A stretch of 63,625 nucleotides of DNA, the filler included. It is 11 parts of 11 records of this genome, joined end to end, with 100 filler letters (N's around TTAATTAATTAA, not from the genome) between each part and the next. Parts side by side here need not be neighbours in the genome. Positions count along the whole stretch, not along the records: positions 29,479 to 34,636 come from SRR31156797_192470; positions 34,737 to 40,602 come from SRR31156797_193012; positions 40,703 to 45,808 come from SRR31156797_193281; 8 more parts are not named here. The stretch is one strand, 5' to 3'. The notes under the pieces were generated by a model that saw only the letters and a list, made by a program, of their open reading frames with translations, searched no databases and had not been told where the DNA came from. The position numbers and the translations under genes are program-made. Each line of letters opens with the position of its first letter. Positions within the stretch are counted from its first letter, which is position 1. Below are positions 29,479 to 40,777 of the stretch, one piece after another.

Positions 29479-30900
29479 GCGATCGAAATAGCCCATATAA
29501 ATGAATTGCGCCACCTGCTTGTAGGCCTCCTCGTCGAAATCGATTCGAGCCATCTGACTGAGGTCGGCGATGCCGACGGGATAGGGCAATTCCGTGTCAC
29601 GCCAGCGGTCCGTAGGAAACGTGGGGATGCCGTTGACGCCGCCCGCGGCGACGGCACGGAGGATGTGCGGATGCAGGATCGCGAAGCGGTTGGTGAACGT
29701 CCCCGAGGCGGAAAACCCGTGCATGAAGACCTGGTCCCGGACCGGTATGTGGTTACGCCGTAGCAAGGCCTGCGCATCTCGGATCATTTGGATCAGTTGC
29801 AGATCGATTCGTTTGAGCGGTCCCGACTCGACCAGGAGCGTATCCTCATCAAGCGAGTGCGTGTAGATACGCCATCGCTCCCGGGGCCGTGGAAAAGCAG
29901 GCACGAGCAGAGGGACATTGAGTTTCATTGCGATCTGACGGGTGTATGATCGCCGGGCCAGCCTTTCGGCCCTGCGGTCGTGTACCTCGAAGTCGTCGGA
30001 GGCGGTCCCGGTGTTGTTCATCTCCACGAGCAGGCGCGGATTCTGGCTGGAACTGACGGTGCGGGGGACGAAGAGATAGTAGGGGAAGTTGAAGCCTTTT
30101 TCGGGATCGGGAGCGATCTTGCGAAATCGGTCCGTGTGAAGATCGAACTGGACGCTGTCGGAGTCAACGGCCTCGATCCCTGGCTCTTCATTCGCGTCTC
30201 CCGCCCGTGGCTGTGTGGGCCTGCGTCTGCCACCAGGCTGGTCGCTCACCGTCCAGGTTTCGATGGCGGCTTCTTCACGGTAATCGTTCTTCCAGGCATA
30301 GGTCCATCGGTGGCCGGAATCCAGAGGGAAATAGCCGTCCGCTTCCGCTGGGACCTCGTAGCTCAGCAGCACCGCTTCGGTCACCATGCCGCTGGCATGC
30401 TCGTAGCGCAGGCGGACCAGGCCGATGCCCTGGGCGAACCAGAGGGTGCGTGTTCCATTGACGAAGGCATTGCCCGCCTCGGATTTAGTCTTCGCGCCGC
30501 TGATAACCGCTCTGAGTTTCAGCGCGTTGGGGAAGGTGCCGGCCGGCCCGGCGACGGTCTCGAAACCCTCGACCTGCGTCTGCGACCGCGCGTGCCAATC
30601 CCCGGCGCCGGTCCACGTGCTGGTCTCAGCCAGTGGGAATTGCAGCAGCTCCTGCGTCGGAGCGGCAAGGTACGAGATCAACGTGTACATGGGAACGGGT
30701 TCCCACGAGCGCCCACTGGTGGAGGGGAGGCTGCTTTTCAGCCCCGCATCCGTCTGCGAAACGTGAATGCTTCCCGTCGCCAGTCGCTTGCCGCTCTCGG
30801 TGGTCGTCACGGCATTGAGGACCATCTCTGCCGCTCCGGCTGCGACAGTCAGACGGATGATCAGAAGACTCAGGATCAGCAGCAAATGCATACTTCTCAT
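29479..30900 (-). CDS. Secreted two-domain protein with a C-terminal alpha/beta hydrolase, 3'-truncated
   Basis: Signal peptide; N-terminal domain with WFAQGIGLVR; nucleophile elbow GFSASG; GFNFPYYLFVP. Confidence 0.7.
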
Positions 30901-31395
30901 CTGAAAACCTCCTTTGGCGTCTCGCCCATTTTCGATAGCGTTCCGTGTCTGGCCGACATCTTAGCATGGTCCTCGGACGAAGACCAGGAAATGGACCCAT
31001 CCATGAGGGGTGGGCCCTATGTTAATAAGAGGCAGCCGACTCGCAGCCGGTAACGTCGCCGAGGTCGTAAAGGTCCGGTGTGGCAGGTGGTTATAGCCAG
31101 CCAACCGATCGGACACAGCAGAGATGGCGTATTCTCCGGAGATGGAAGGGGCTATCGCATTGTTTTCTTCCAAAAGACGGTGGGATGATACATAACCTAA
31201 TGGTGCGACCTGCCAATGCAGCACTGGGCGGTTCTGGCGTCAGGTGTAGCGTCCCGTGGGTCGGAAATCGACAGATCTGCCTATGTGATGTCCGGATAAG
31301 ATACCTGGCCTGATTGCGAGGTGTGGGTTCCGCTGTTGAACGAGTGGAGATTCGCTGAGTATAGAACTGTAGTGGTACATGGAAGAAGGTCAACT

Positions 31396-33498
31396 ATGCA
31401 AAGATCGCATATCGTAGCATTGTCTGTTTTGCTTGTTCTGACCGGCGCGAGTCTTGCTCGTGCGCAGGAGCGGATCACCGTGGTTCGTCGGCCGGAGGTG
31501 TCCCAGCGCAATGCCCACTATGTCAGCAACCGAGCCCCATTGGCGCCGAGCCAATGGATTCAGTTGCCCACCGGGGCCATCAAACCCAAAGGCTGGGTGC
31601 TGAAGTATTTGGAACGGCAACGGGACGGCCTGACCGGGCATCTCGGCCAGATCAGTGCCTGGCTGCAAAAGGATGGCAACGCCTGGCTCAGTGCCGATGG
31701 CAAGGGCCAGTGGGGTTGGGAGGAACTGCCTTACTGGCTCAAAGGCTACGGCGACATCGCCTATATCCTGAACGATCCGGACATGATCGCTGAGACCAAG
31801 GTCTGGATCAATGCGGTTCTCAAGAGCCAACGGCCCAACGGCGATTTCGGCCCGGACCAACGTTTCGACGATGGCACCCGGGATTACTGGGCCAACATGA
31901 TCATGCTCTTCTGCCTGCAGTCGTATCACGATCACAGCGGCGACGAGCGGGTGCTGGACTTGATGAGTCGCTACTTCAAATACCAGGCGACGGTCCCCGA
32001 CGAGGAAATGCTGACGCACTACTGGCAGCGGATGCGGGGCGGGGACAATCTCTACAGCATCTACTGGCTCTACAACCGCACCGGGGAGAGTTGGCTGCTG
32101 GACGTGGCCAGGAAGATCCACCGCAACACGGCCGACTGGAAACAGAAAGGCGATCTGCCCAACTGGCACAATGTCAATATCGCCCAGGCCTTTGGCGAGC
32201 CGGCCACGTGGTATCTGCAAAGCCACGATCCAACGGACCTGCAAGCGGCCTACGACAATTTCCACGAAGTACGGCGTCGCTACGGGCAGGTGCCCGGAGG
32301 CATGTTCGGAGGCGACGAAAATTGCCGGCCTGGCTACGATGATCCGCACCAGTGCATCGAGACCTGCGGCGTGGTTGAGCAGATGCTCTCGGACGAGTTG
32401 CTGCTCTGCATTAGTGGCGATCCGTTTTGGGCCGATCATTGTGAGGAGGTGGCGTTCAATACCTATCCCGCGGCGGTCATGCCCGATTTCCGCTCCCTGC
32501 GCTATCTGACGGGGCCGAATCACGTGATCAGTGACCAGAAGAATCACAAACCGGGCCTCGACAACGGTGGACCCTTCCTGATGATGAACCCGTTTAGCTC
32601 GCGCTGTTGCCAACACAATCATTCGCATGGCTGGCCCTATTACAGCAAGCATCTTTGGCTGGCTTCGCCGGACAACGGTCTCTGCGCTGCGCTTTACAGC
32701 GACAGCGAAGTTACGGCCAAGGTGGGTGACGGTACGGAAGTGACATGGACCGCAGAAACGCACTACCCCTTTGAGGAGCAGGTACGCCTGAGTCTGAAAA
32801 CACCCAAGCCTGTCACGTTCCCGCTGTATCTTCGCATTCCAGGCTGGTGTGAGAAGGCGACCGTGGCGATCAACGGAAATGCCACCTCGGCGCAGGGCGA
32901 ACCGGGTCGCTATTTTCGGATCGAGCGCACCTGGAAGACGGGCGATCGGGTCACACTCGATCTGCCGATGACGTTGCGCGTGCGGCGCTGGGAGCGGAAT
33001 CACAACAGCGCCAGCATCGACTACGGTCCGTTGACGTTCTCTTTGAAGATCGAAGAGCGCGTCGTCCGGTTCGACAGTGCCGAGACCGCGATCTGGGATT
33101 CCCGCTGGCAAGAGGGGGTCGATCGGTCCCAATGGCCGGCGTATGAGATCCATCCGGCCTCGCCCTGGAACATGGGGCTGGTCCTGGACGAAGCGGGGCC
33201 CGAGAAATCGTTCCGACTGCAACGGCGCCCCTGGCCGACAGACGATTTCCCCTTTACGCTGGACGCGGTCCCGCTGTCGCTGGAGGCCCAGGCCTGCGAG
33301 ATCCCCAATTGGCAACTCGACCGTCACGGCCTCTGTGACGTCTTGCAGGACAGCCCGGTCAAATCCGATCGACCGGCGCAGGCCGTGACCTTGGTGCCCA
33401 TGGGTGCCGCCCGGCTGCGCATCAGCGCCTTCCCGGTCATCGGTTCCGGTCCGAAGGCCCGGGAATGGACCGCTCCCAAAAGAGAAATCGAAAACTAG
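31396..33498 (+). CDS. GH127/GH146-like beta-L-arabinofuranosidase family glycosidase
   Basis: Signal peptide; WEELPYW, HNVN, IETC, RCCQHN, THYPF, LRIPGW, TLVPMGAARLRI. Confidence 0.85.
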   Translation: MQRSHIVALSVLLVLTGASLARAQERITVVRRPEVSQRNAHYVSNRAPLAPSQWIQLPTGAIKPKGWVLKYLERQRDGLTGHLGQISAWLQKDGNAWLSADGKGQWGWEELPYWLKGYGDIAYILNDPDMIAETKVWINAVLKSQRPNGDFGPDQRFDDGTRDYWANMIMLFCLQSYHDHSGDERVLDLMSRYFKYQATVPDEEMLTHYWQRMRGGDNLYSIYWLYNRTGESWLLDVARKIHRNTADWKQKGDLPNWHNVNIAQAFGEPATWYLQSHDPTDLQAAYDNFHEVRRRYGQVPGGMFGGDENCRPGYDDPHQCIETCGVVEQMLSDELLLCISGDPFWADHCEEVAFNTYPAAVMPDFRSLRYLTGPNHVISDQKNHKPGLDNGGPFLMMNPFSSRCCQHNHSHGWPYYSKHLWLASPDNGLCAALYSDSEVTAKVGDGTEVTWTAETHYPFEEQVRLSLKTPKPVTFPLYLRIPGWCEKATVAINGNATSAQGEPGRYFRIERTWKTGDRVTLDLPMTLRVRRWERNHNSASIDYGPLTFSLKIEERVVRFDSAETAIWDSRWQEGVDRSQWPAYEIHPASPWNMGLVLDEAGPEKSFRLQRRPWPTDDFPFTLDAVPLSLEAQACEIPNWQLDRHGLCDVLQDSPVKSDRPAQAVTLVPMGAARLRISAFPVIGSGPKAREWTAPKREIEN

Positions 33499-33526
33499 AA
33501 ACCAGCAGGATTGAAAGGATGTGTTG

Positions 33527-34636
33527 ATGAAGACGCAATCGTGGATATGGGTCATTCTCATGGTGCTGTCGGTTGGGCTCTGCCATGCCCAGAGTTGGCA
33601 ACCGGCCGCGGGGCCTCTGGATACTCCCTGGACGGGCGATGTCGCGCCGGCGCAGGCGTGGCCGGAATATCCGCGTCCGCAAATGGCCCGGCCCCACTGG
33701 ACGAATCTGAACGGTTTGTGGGATTACGCCATCGTCGCCAAGGATGCGGGCAAGCCTGCGGCCTGGAATGGCGAGATCCTGGTCCCGTTCGCGGTCGAAT
33801 CGGCGCTGAGTGGCGTCAAGAAGCCGGTCCTGCCTGAGCAGCGTCTCTGGTATCGGCGCTCGTTTGCCCGCCCGGCTTTGAAATCGGGCGAGCGGCTGCT
33901 ATTGCACTTCGGCGCCGTGGACTGGCAGTGCACGCTTTGGATCAATGGCACCGAAGCAGGCCAGCATACCGGCGGCTACGATCCCTTCACCTTCGACATC
34001 ACCGATCATGTCAAGGCCGGCGACAACGAACTGGTCCTGGCCGTGTGGGACCCGACCGACAAAGGCTATCAGCCTCGTGGCAAGCAGGTCCTCGAGCCTG
34101 AGGGCATTATGTACACGGCGGTCACCGGAATCTGGCAGACGGTCTGGCTGGAAGTCGTGCCTCAGAATCATATCGAATTCTTGAAGATCGTCCCGGATGT
34201 CGACCGTGGTCTCGTGGCCGTGACAGTCACGACCACCAGTTCCGCAGCGGTCGAGGTCAAGGCCCTGGACGCTGGGCTAGTCGTCGCCACCGAGCGGGGC
34301 AAAGCGGGGCAGACCATCAAGCTGGCCATTCCCTCGGCCAAACTGTGGTCACCCGATTCGCCGCACTTGTACGATTTGAAGGTTTCGTTGCTCCAGAACG
34401 ACCAACCGGTCGACGCGGTCGGCAGCTATTTCGGGATGCGCAAGATCGAGGTCGCCCCGGATGGCGATGGCCTTCTGCGGCTGAAACTCAACGGCGAAGT
34501 GCTCTTCCAATACGGCCCGCTCGATCAGGGCTGGTGGCCCGATGGCTTGTACACGCCCGCGACGGACGAGGCGATGCAGTACGACATTGCCATGACCAAG
34601 AAGTTCGGCATGAACATGGCCCGCAAGCACGTCAAG
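33527..34636 (+). CDS. GH2 glycoside hydrolase, 3'-truncated
   Basis: EYPRPQM, NLNGLW, LHFGAVD, HTGGY, TGIWQTVWLE, LWSPDSPHLY, LDQGWWPDG, RKHVK. Confidence 0.9.
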
Positions 34637-34833
34637 NNNNNNNNNNNNNNNNNNNNNNNNNNNNNNNNNNNNNNNNNNNNTTAATTAATTAANNNNNNNN
34701 NNNNNNNNNNNNNNNNNNNNNNNNNNNNNNNNNNNNCAAGTCAGGGCAAGACACGAGAAAGTTGACTTGGCCGAGTGATTTCTATTCGGACGTCGCAATT
34801 TCGCCTCTGACCCGTCATCAATCGGAGAATAAA

Positions 34834-35304
34834 ATGGCAGGAATCGTAGAATCGCGCATGAAGAAAAATGGGATCGAGCTTCTGGATGCGCCGACGCCGG
34901 TAGCCAACTATGTTCCCTACATACAAACAGGTAATCTCGTTTTCGTGTCCGGTCAGGGAACCCTGAGGAACGGCAAACTCGAGTACATCGGAAAGCTGGG
35001 TCGCGAGTTTAGCGTGGATGACGGGTATCAGGCCGCGCGCATCTGCGCCCTGAATGTGGTGGCGCAACTGAATAAAGCCTGCGGCGGTGATCTCGACCGT
35101 GTAACGCAGGTGGTTAAGGTCAGCGGGTTCGTCAATTCGATGCCCGATTTCCTGGACCAGCCCAAAGTCATCAACGGGGCCTCTGATCTTTTTGTTGAAG
35201 TGTTTGGCGACATCGGCCGTCACGCCAGATTTGCGGTAGGGACGCCCGTACTTCCGGGCGATATAGCCGCCGAGGTCGACGCTATTTTCGAAATCCGTCC
35301 GTGA
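34834..35304 (+). CDS. RidA/YjgF-family protein
   Basis: PTPVANYVP, LVFVSGQG, QPKVINGASDL, GRHARFAVG; ATG at 34834 after GGAGA. Confidence 0.9.
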   Translation: MAGIVESRMKKNGIELLDAPTPVANYVPYIQTGNLVFVSGQGTLRNGKLEYIGKLGREFSVDDGYQAARICALNVVAQLNKACGGDLDRVTQVVKVSGFVNSMPDFLDQPKVINGASDLFVEVFGDIGRHARFAVGTPVLPGDIAAEVDAIFEIRP

Positions 35305-35331
35305 CGCGACACCGCCAAGGGAGAAACAAGA

Positions 35332-36453
35332 ATGATCACACCACCGGCCAGAGTTGGCGACCCTGTTTCCGCCGTCGATACACCGGCTTTGATTGTCGAA
35401 CTCGCGGCAATGGAACGAAACATGGAGAAAATGGCAGAGTTTGCAAAGCGCAATAATGTGCGTATGCGGCCGCATGCCAAGACCCATAAATGCGCCATGG
35501 TCGCGCTCCGCCAACTGGCCTTGGGAGCCGCCGGGGTCTGTTGTCAGAAGGTTTCTGAGGCCGAAGTCATGGTGGCAGCGGGTGTGACCGATGTCCTGGT
35601 CAGTAACGAGATTGTCGGTGAAACCAAAGTCGCCCGGCTGGCGGCTCTGGCCCGACAAGCAAAAATCTCGGCGCTGGTCGATCATCCCGATATGGTCGCT
35701 GCCTACAGTGCTGCCGCCGAACGCTTTGGGTCCACGATTAGCGTTCTCGTTGAGCTTCATTCTGGCGGTATCCGCGCCGGCGTGCATTCGCCTGAAGCAG
35801 CGCTTGAGTTGGCGCGCTTGATTCATAAAGCGCCGAGTCTTGTTTTTGGCGGCCTACAGGCCTATCGCGGCCATGCTCAGCACATCCGCCCGTTTGAAGA
35901 TCGCCGCGAGGTCTCGGAAAAGTGGTGCACGAAGGTGGCCGAAGCTCGCGATTTTCTGGAACAAAATGGCTTTCCTTGCGAAAGCGTAACCGGCGTCGGC
36001 ACCGGCACCTGCGAGTTCGAAGCGACCAGCGGGGTTTACAATGAAATTCAGGTTGGCTCCTACGCGTTCATGGATGTTGAATATGGCTTGAACCGCGCCG
36101 TTGGGGGCGAGCTTGTTTCTGATTTTGAAAACAGCCTGTTTGTTGTCTCGACCGTGATGAGCAGCAATGTGCCGGATTTCGCCGTCATCGATGCCGGAAC
36201 CAAGGCAATGAACGTTAATAAGGAGATGCCGTGGGTGTGGAAGCGGCCGGGCCTTTCTTACGTGGGTAACGCTGACGAACACGGCGCCATCGAAATTTCA
36301 CCCGATGCCGATCCGGTGGCGTTGGGTGAACGCCTGTGGCTGGTGCCCGGCCACGTCGACCCGACGATCGGTCTTTACGACTGGATGGTCGGCATACGTG
36401 ACGGCGTTGTCGAAAGCGTGTGGCCCATCGGCGCACGCGGGGCTCTTTTGTGA
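35332..36453 (+). CDS. DSD1-family fold-III PLP enzyme (D-threonine/3-hydroxy-D-aspartate aldolase-like)
   Basis: DTPAL, RPHAKTHK (PLP lysine), LQAYRGH, EIQVGSY, DEHG, PGHVDPT. Confidence 0.88.
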   Translation: MITPPARVGDPVSAVDTPALIVELAAMERNMEKMAEFAKRNNVRMRPHAKTHKCAMVALRQLALGAAGVCCQKVSEAEVMVAAGVTDVLVSNEIVGETKVARLAALARQAKISALVDHPDMVAAYSAAAERFGSTISVLVELHSGGIRAGVHSPEAALELARLIHKAPSLVFGGLQAYRGHAQHIRPFEDRREVSEKWCTKVAEARDFLEQNGFPCESVTGVGTGTCEFEATSGVYNEIQVGSYAFMDVEYGLNRAVGGELVSDFENSLFVVSTVMSSNVPDFAVIDAGTKAMNVNKEMPWVWKRPGLSYVGNADEHGAIEISPDADPVALGERLWLVPGHVDPTIGLYDWMVGIRDGVVESVWPIGARGALL

Positions 36454-36479
36454 GAGACGACTGCCGGCAAGGTGAAGTC

Positions 36480-36517
36480 TTGACATGGTTTGGCCAACGC
36501 TGCAAAATATTTTGCAG
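36480..36517 (+). promoter_or_regulatory. Candidate promoter with palindromic operator upstream of the RpiR gene
   Basis: TTGACA (36480-36485); perfect 18-bp palindrome CTGCAAAATATTTTGCAG (36500-36517) over the -10 region. Confidence 0.6.
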
Positions 36518-36564
36518 GGGACAAAAAAAATGCACTAGCCCGTTTGTGCTGGTGGGTAGGGGCG

Positions 36565-37419
36565 GTGAATCTGACCGAAAGAATATCTCGCCACAAAGAT
36601 GACCTTTCTCGGTCTGACCTGAAGGTCGCCGAATATCTGACGCGCATGTATCCCCAGGGTCTTTTGGAAAACGCAACCACGCTCGGACGTATTGTCGGGG
36701 TAAATTCTTCAACGGTAACGCGGTTTTTTCGGAAGATCGGTTACGAAAGCATTCGCGAGGCCCGCCGCGAGGCAAGGGCCGAGGTTTCGTTCGTTATGAA
36801 TTCCCCGGTCGCCAAGTACCAGATGGCAGACAGGGCATCGGGCCGCACGCCAATTCAAAAAGTCGTGGAACATGAAATCGCTCTTATTCGGTCCACGTTC
36901 GACGGGGTTTCCAGCGACGCTATCGAGAAATTCATCGAATTGCTTCAGGACGACACACGATCCGTTTTCGTCATCGGCGCCCGAAAAATTCACACCCTGA
37001 GCTTTTATCTCTATTTTCAGCTTAACGCTGTGCGGGAAAACGTACACCTGATACGCCCCGACGAAAATTACCTGCCTGAATCCCTGTTGGATGCCAAGGC
37101 CGGCGATATTTTAGTGGCGTTCGATTTTCGCCGATATCCCACAATCATTCGGAAAACCGCCGAATTCTTCCGCGAAAACGATGGAAAGATCGTTCTTGTA
37201 AGTGATTCTCCGGTGGCGCCGATCAAGGGTTTGGCGGACATAAACTTCGTCGTTTCCACGAAGGGTGCGGCTATTTTCGATTCCCATACGTCCACTATCG
37301 CCCTGCTCAATGCGTTGCTTGGCGAGTACGTGAACGCGGTTGGCGAAAAGATAAAAGAGCGGCTTGCAAGAATGGAAAACGTAAACAGACACTTCAACAT
37401 TTTTACATGGCACGATTGA
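36565..37419 (+). CDS. MurR/RpiR family transcriptional regulator
   Basis: LSRSDLKVAEYL...STVTRFFRKIGY HTH and SIS domain (FDFRRY, VSDSPVAPI); likely GTG start at 36565. Confidence 0.9.
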   Translation: MNLTERISRHKDDLSRSDLKVAEYLTRMYPQGLLENATTLGRIVGVNSSTVTRFFRKIGYESIREARREARAEVSFVMNSPVAKYQMADRASGRTPIQKVVEHEIALIRSTFDGVSSDAIEKFIELLQDDTRSVFVIGARKIHTLSFYLYFQLNAVRENVHLIRPDENYLPESLLDAKAGDILVAFDFRRYPTIIRKTAEFFRENDGKIVLVSDSPVAPIKGLADINFVVSTKGAAIFDSHTSTIALLNALLGEYVNAVGEKIKERLARMENVNRHFNIFTWHD

Positions 37420-37468
37420 GACACTTTGGAGCTTCCGCAAAAGAAAATTCGAACGAAAGCGAGTACTT

Positions 37469-38578
37469 ATGGATTTAGCATTAACCGGAGGAAATCTAAT
37501 TGATCCGGCCACTGGAAAGTCCGGTAAATTTGATGTCGGCTTCACGGGCAACCGGGTTTCAGAGGTTGCCGGCAAGATCAATCCGGAAGCGGCGGCACGG
37601 GTTATCGACATTACCGGCAAGATCGTCGTACCCGGCTTGATCGACCTGCACACCCACGTCTACCACGGTGGAACGTCGCTCAGTGTCCATGCCGATAATC
37701 TGGCGCGCAAGGCAGGTGTGACGACCTTCGTTGATGCGGGAAGCGCCGGTCCCGGCAACTTCCTTGGCTTCCATGACCACGTCATTCAGCGTTCACGCAG
37801 CCGTATTCTGGCCTTCCTGAATATCTCGCACGCCGGAATATTCGGTTTCGACGTGGGGGTTAGTGAGTGTGCGGACCTTCAACTGTGTAGTGCCGTGAAC
37901 ACCGTCGAGCGGGCCAAGGAGTACGTGAATCGTATCATCGGGATCAAGATCCGAGTCATTGGCGTCAATGGGCTCCATGCTCTGGATATTGCCAAGGAGG
38001 CGTCGGAGAAACTGGCCCTGCCCCTGATGGCCCATATTGGCACGCCGCCGCCAATCGCAGCGCCTGTTTTGGACCGTCTCGGCGCAGGCGATATCCTGAC
38101 CCATTGTTTCAGACCATTCCCCGGCCAATGCTTAGACGGGACCGGGGTTGTTCGCAACCAAGTGCAGGCGGCTCGCGAAAGGGGCGTTGTTTTCGATACG
38201 GGCCACGGCCAGGGCGCTTTTTGTTTTGAAACGACCGGCAAGATGCTGGAACAGGGCTTCGAGCCCGATGTCATCAGCAGTGATGTGCACTGCGGCAGCA
38301 TCAACGGCCCCGCCCACAACCTGCTGCATGTCATGTCGAAATTCATGGCCCTTGGTATGAGCCTGGAAAAGGTCATTGAAAAAGCCACCGTAACAGCGGC
38401 ACGCGCCATCGACCAAACCGACCTGGGCCATCTGGGACCGGGGGCGCTGGGCGACGCCACCATCCTGCATGTGGAAGAAGGCAAATTCGAATACGTGGAT
38501 GTACTGGGTGAAACCATGACCTCCAACCAAAAGCTGGTTTGCGATGGCTTGGTGATCAACGGCGAATACTGGCAGTAA
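37469..38578 (+). CDS. Amidohydrolase/deacetylase family metallohydrolase (dihydroorotase-like)
   Basis: PGLIDLHTH, VDAGSAG, MAH, THC, DTGHG, ISSDVH. Confidence 0.88.
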   Translation: MDLALTGGNLIDPATGKSGKFDVGFTGNRVSEVAGKINPEAAARVIDITGKIVVPGLIDLHTHVYHGGTSLSVHADNLARKAGVTTFVDAGSAGPGNFLGFHDHVIQRSRSRILAFLNISHAGIFGFDVGVSECADLQLCSAVNTVERAKEYVNRIIGIKIRVIGVNGLHALDIAKEASEKLALPLMAHIGTPPPIAAPVLDRLGAGDILTHCFRPFPGQCLDGTGVVRNQVQAARERGVVFDTGHGQGAFCFETTGKMLEQGFEPDVISSDVHCGSINGPAHNLLHVMSKFMALGMSLEKVIEKATVTAARAIDQTDLGHLGPGALGDATILHVEEGKFEYVDVLGETMTSNQKLVCDGLVINGEYWQ

Positions 38579-38595
38579 TTTCTGGGAACTGAAAA

Positions 38596-39252
38596 TTGAA
38601 AAAACTGGCTTTGGTGCACACGGTTCCATTTCTGATTGAGGTTTTCAAGGGGCTGTTGGAGGCACGCTACTGTGGGCTCGAAAGTTTTCATATGCTTGAT
38701 GAAAGCCTGCTTGCCGATGCGCGGCGTGATGGCGGCATGACCCCCGCCATCATCCGCCGCATGATGGGACTGTGCACGCTGGCTCGGGACGCCGGGGCCG
38801 AAGCCATTCTTTTCACCTGCTCGGCCACCTCACCGGGGATCAATCCGGTCCGCCCGTTGATGGATGTTCCGGTCATGAAAATCGACGATGCGATGGCCGC
38901 CTTGGCGGTTCGAAGCGGCACCAGAATTGGCCTTTTGTGCACCAACCACGCAACGCAAGGCCCCAGCACCGATATTCTGCACGAACATGCGGCCATTGCC
39001 CAACGCGACATCGAAGTCGAATCGGTGGTCGACAACCAAGCGTTCGCCGCCCTGCGCGACGGCAACAAGAAAGGACACGACAACGCCCTGACCAGGGCCG
39101 CCGAAAGCCTCGCCATTAAATGCGACGTCATCGTTCTGGCGCAGGCTTCCATGGCTCATCTCGCCGTGGGGCTTTCCGAGAGCCTGAAGATACCGGTCCT
39201 CGAAAGCCCGTCGCTTTGCGTTGAAGCCCTGGCCAAAGAACTGAACGAATGA
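38596..39252 (+). CDS. Asp/Glu/hydantoin racemase superfamily protein
   Basis: LVHT, FTCS, KIDDAMA, VIVLAQASMA. Confidence 0.8.
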   Translation: MKKLALVHTVPFLIEVFKGLLEARYCGLESFHMLDESLLADARRDGGMTPAIIRRMMGLCTLARDAGAEAILFTCSATSPGINPVRPLMDVPVMKIDDAMAALAVRSGTRIGLLCTNHATQGPSTDILHEHAAIAQRDIEVESVVDNQAFAALRDGNKKGHDNALTRAAESLAIKCDVIVLAQASMAHLAVGLSESLKIPVLESPSLCVEALAKELNE

Positions 39253-39437
39253 ACTGATGCGGGATATTTGACATCGTTCAGAAAATGGCTCAGAAATATT
39301 GTTTGATTAGCATAAATTTTTTATGAAATATGCAGAAGGCACATTAACGCAGAAGGCACATTGAAGAGGAGCTAACCAAGGATTCGAAAGAGGTCCGCCC
39401 AATGTAGAAATTGTCCTCAAAAACAGTGGAGAGAAAA

Positions 39438-40602
39438 ATGAAATTTCTAAATTCTCGGTCACTACCTTTGAAGTCATTGGCTTTCGCCGCTCTGGCCATG
39501 ACAACGTCACAAGCTAGCGCTGATTCGGTCATTCGTTACGCGACGATCAGCGAACCGCCAAGCCTGGACATTCAAGTGGGCACGGCAACGATCGCGTCGA
39601 CCATCGCCATGCACATGTTTGAAACGCTTTATGCATTCGATGCGACCTATGCACCGAAGCCGCATCTTGTCGCCTCGGACACCATCAAGGATGGCGGCAA
39701 AACGCTTGTAATGCAGCTTCGCAAAGACGTGAAGTTCCACAACGGCAAAGGAATGACCGCCAAGGACGTTGCGGCATCCTTGACGCGTTGGGGCAAGCAT
39801 GGTTCGCGCGGCAAACTATTGCTGAAAACCGCCATCTCCATCGAAGCAACCGGCGAGTACGAAGTCACCATTAAGCTGCCCGCACCGAACGGTGCGTGGC
39901 GTAGCATGCTGGCCTTCCCCAATGGCGGACCGGTCATCTATCCGGCCGACATTGTTTCGAAAGCCGGCGGCGAACCGATTGCCAAAACAAATTACATCGG
40001 CACCGGCCCTTACAAGTTCAACGAATGGCGTCCGAACCGTTACGTCGAACTCGTTCGCTTTGACGATTACGCGGCCAACCCGGGTCCGGCCAGTGGCCAT
40101 TCCGGCAAACGCGACGCCGTCACCGACAAAATCCGCTTTATGCCCGTTCCCGACGTTGGAACCCGCGTCAGCGGTGTACAGGCTGGTGATTACGACTATG
40201 CCGAAAACATCCCCGGCGATCTATACGAAGATCTATCGAACGACAAGTCGGTTCGCATCCATCTTGGTGGCGCCCCGATCTTCGGTCTGATGTTCATGAA
40301 CTCGAAGGCCGGTCCACTTAAAGAAAACTTCGCCCTTCGCCGCGCCATTCAGACGGCTCTGAACAAAGAAGAGGCTCTGCGCATTTCCATCGGTCCCGAA
40401 AGCCTTTGGGCAGCCAATGGTTCGTTCTATCCGAAGGGCAGCGCCTGGTACACCCTGGCCGGCGCCGAAGCCTTCAGCGAAGGCAATGCTGAAAAAGCCA
40501 AGAAGATGGCCGAGGAAGCCGGGTATACGGGCGATCCCATCAAGCTTCTGGTTTCGACCAACTATCAATTCCACTATGACCAGGCGGCCGTTTTCACCAG
40601 CC
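39438..40602 (+). CDS. ABC transporter substrate-binding protein, family 5, 3'-truncated
   Basis: Signal peptide; EPPSLD, LRKDVKFHNG, IGTGPYKF. Confidence 0.9.
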
Positions 40603-40777
40603 NNNNNNNNNNNNNNNNNNNNNNNNNNNNNNNNNNNNNNNNNNNNTTAATTAATTAANNNNNNNNNNNNNNNNNNNNNNNNNNNNNNNNNNNNNNNNNN
40701 NNAATACAAGCCTTGACCTTCAGCCCATGAACAAACAGGCACTACACCACCCTGTCAGAACAAAAGGAGTAACTCAG

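Noticed and set aside
31390-33561. 723-aa antisense ORF over the GH127-like gene
   Set aside because: Shadow frame expected from GC3-biased codon usage; no recognisable motifs.
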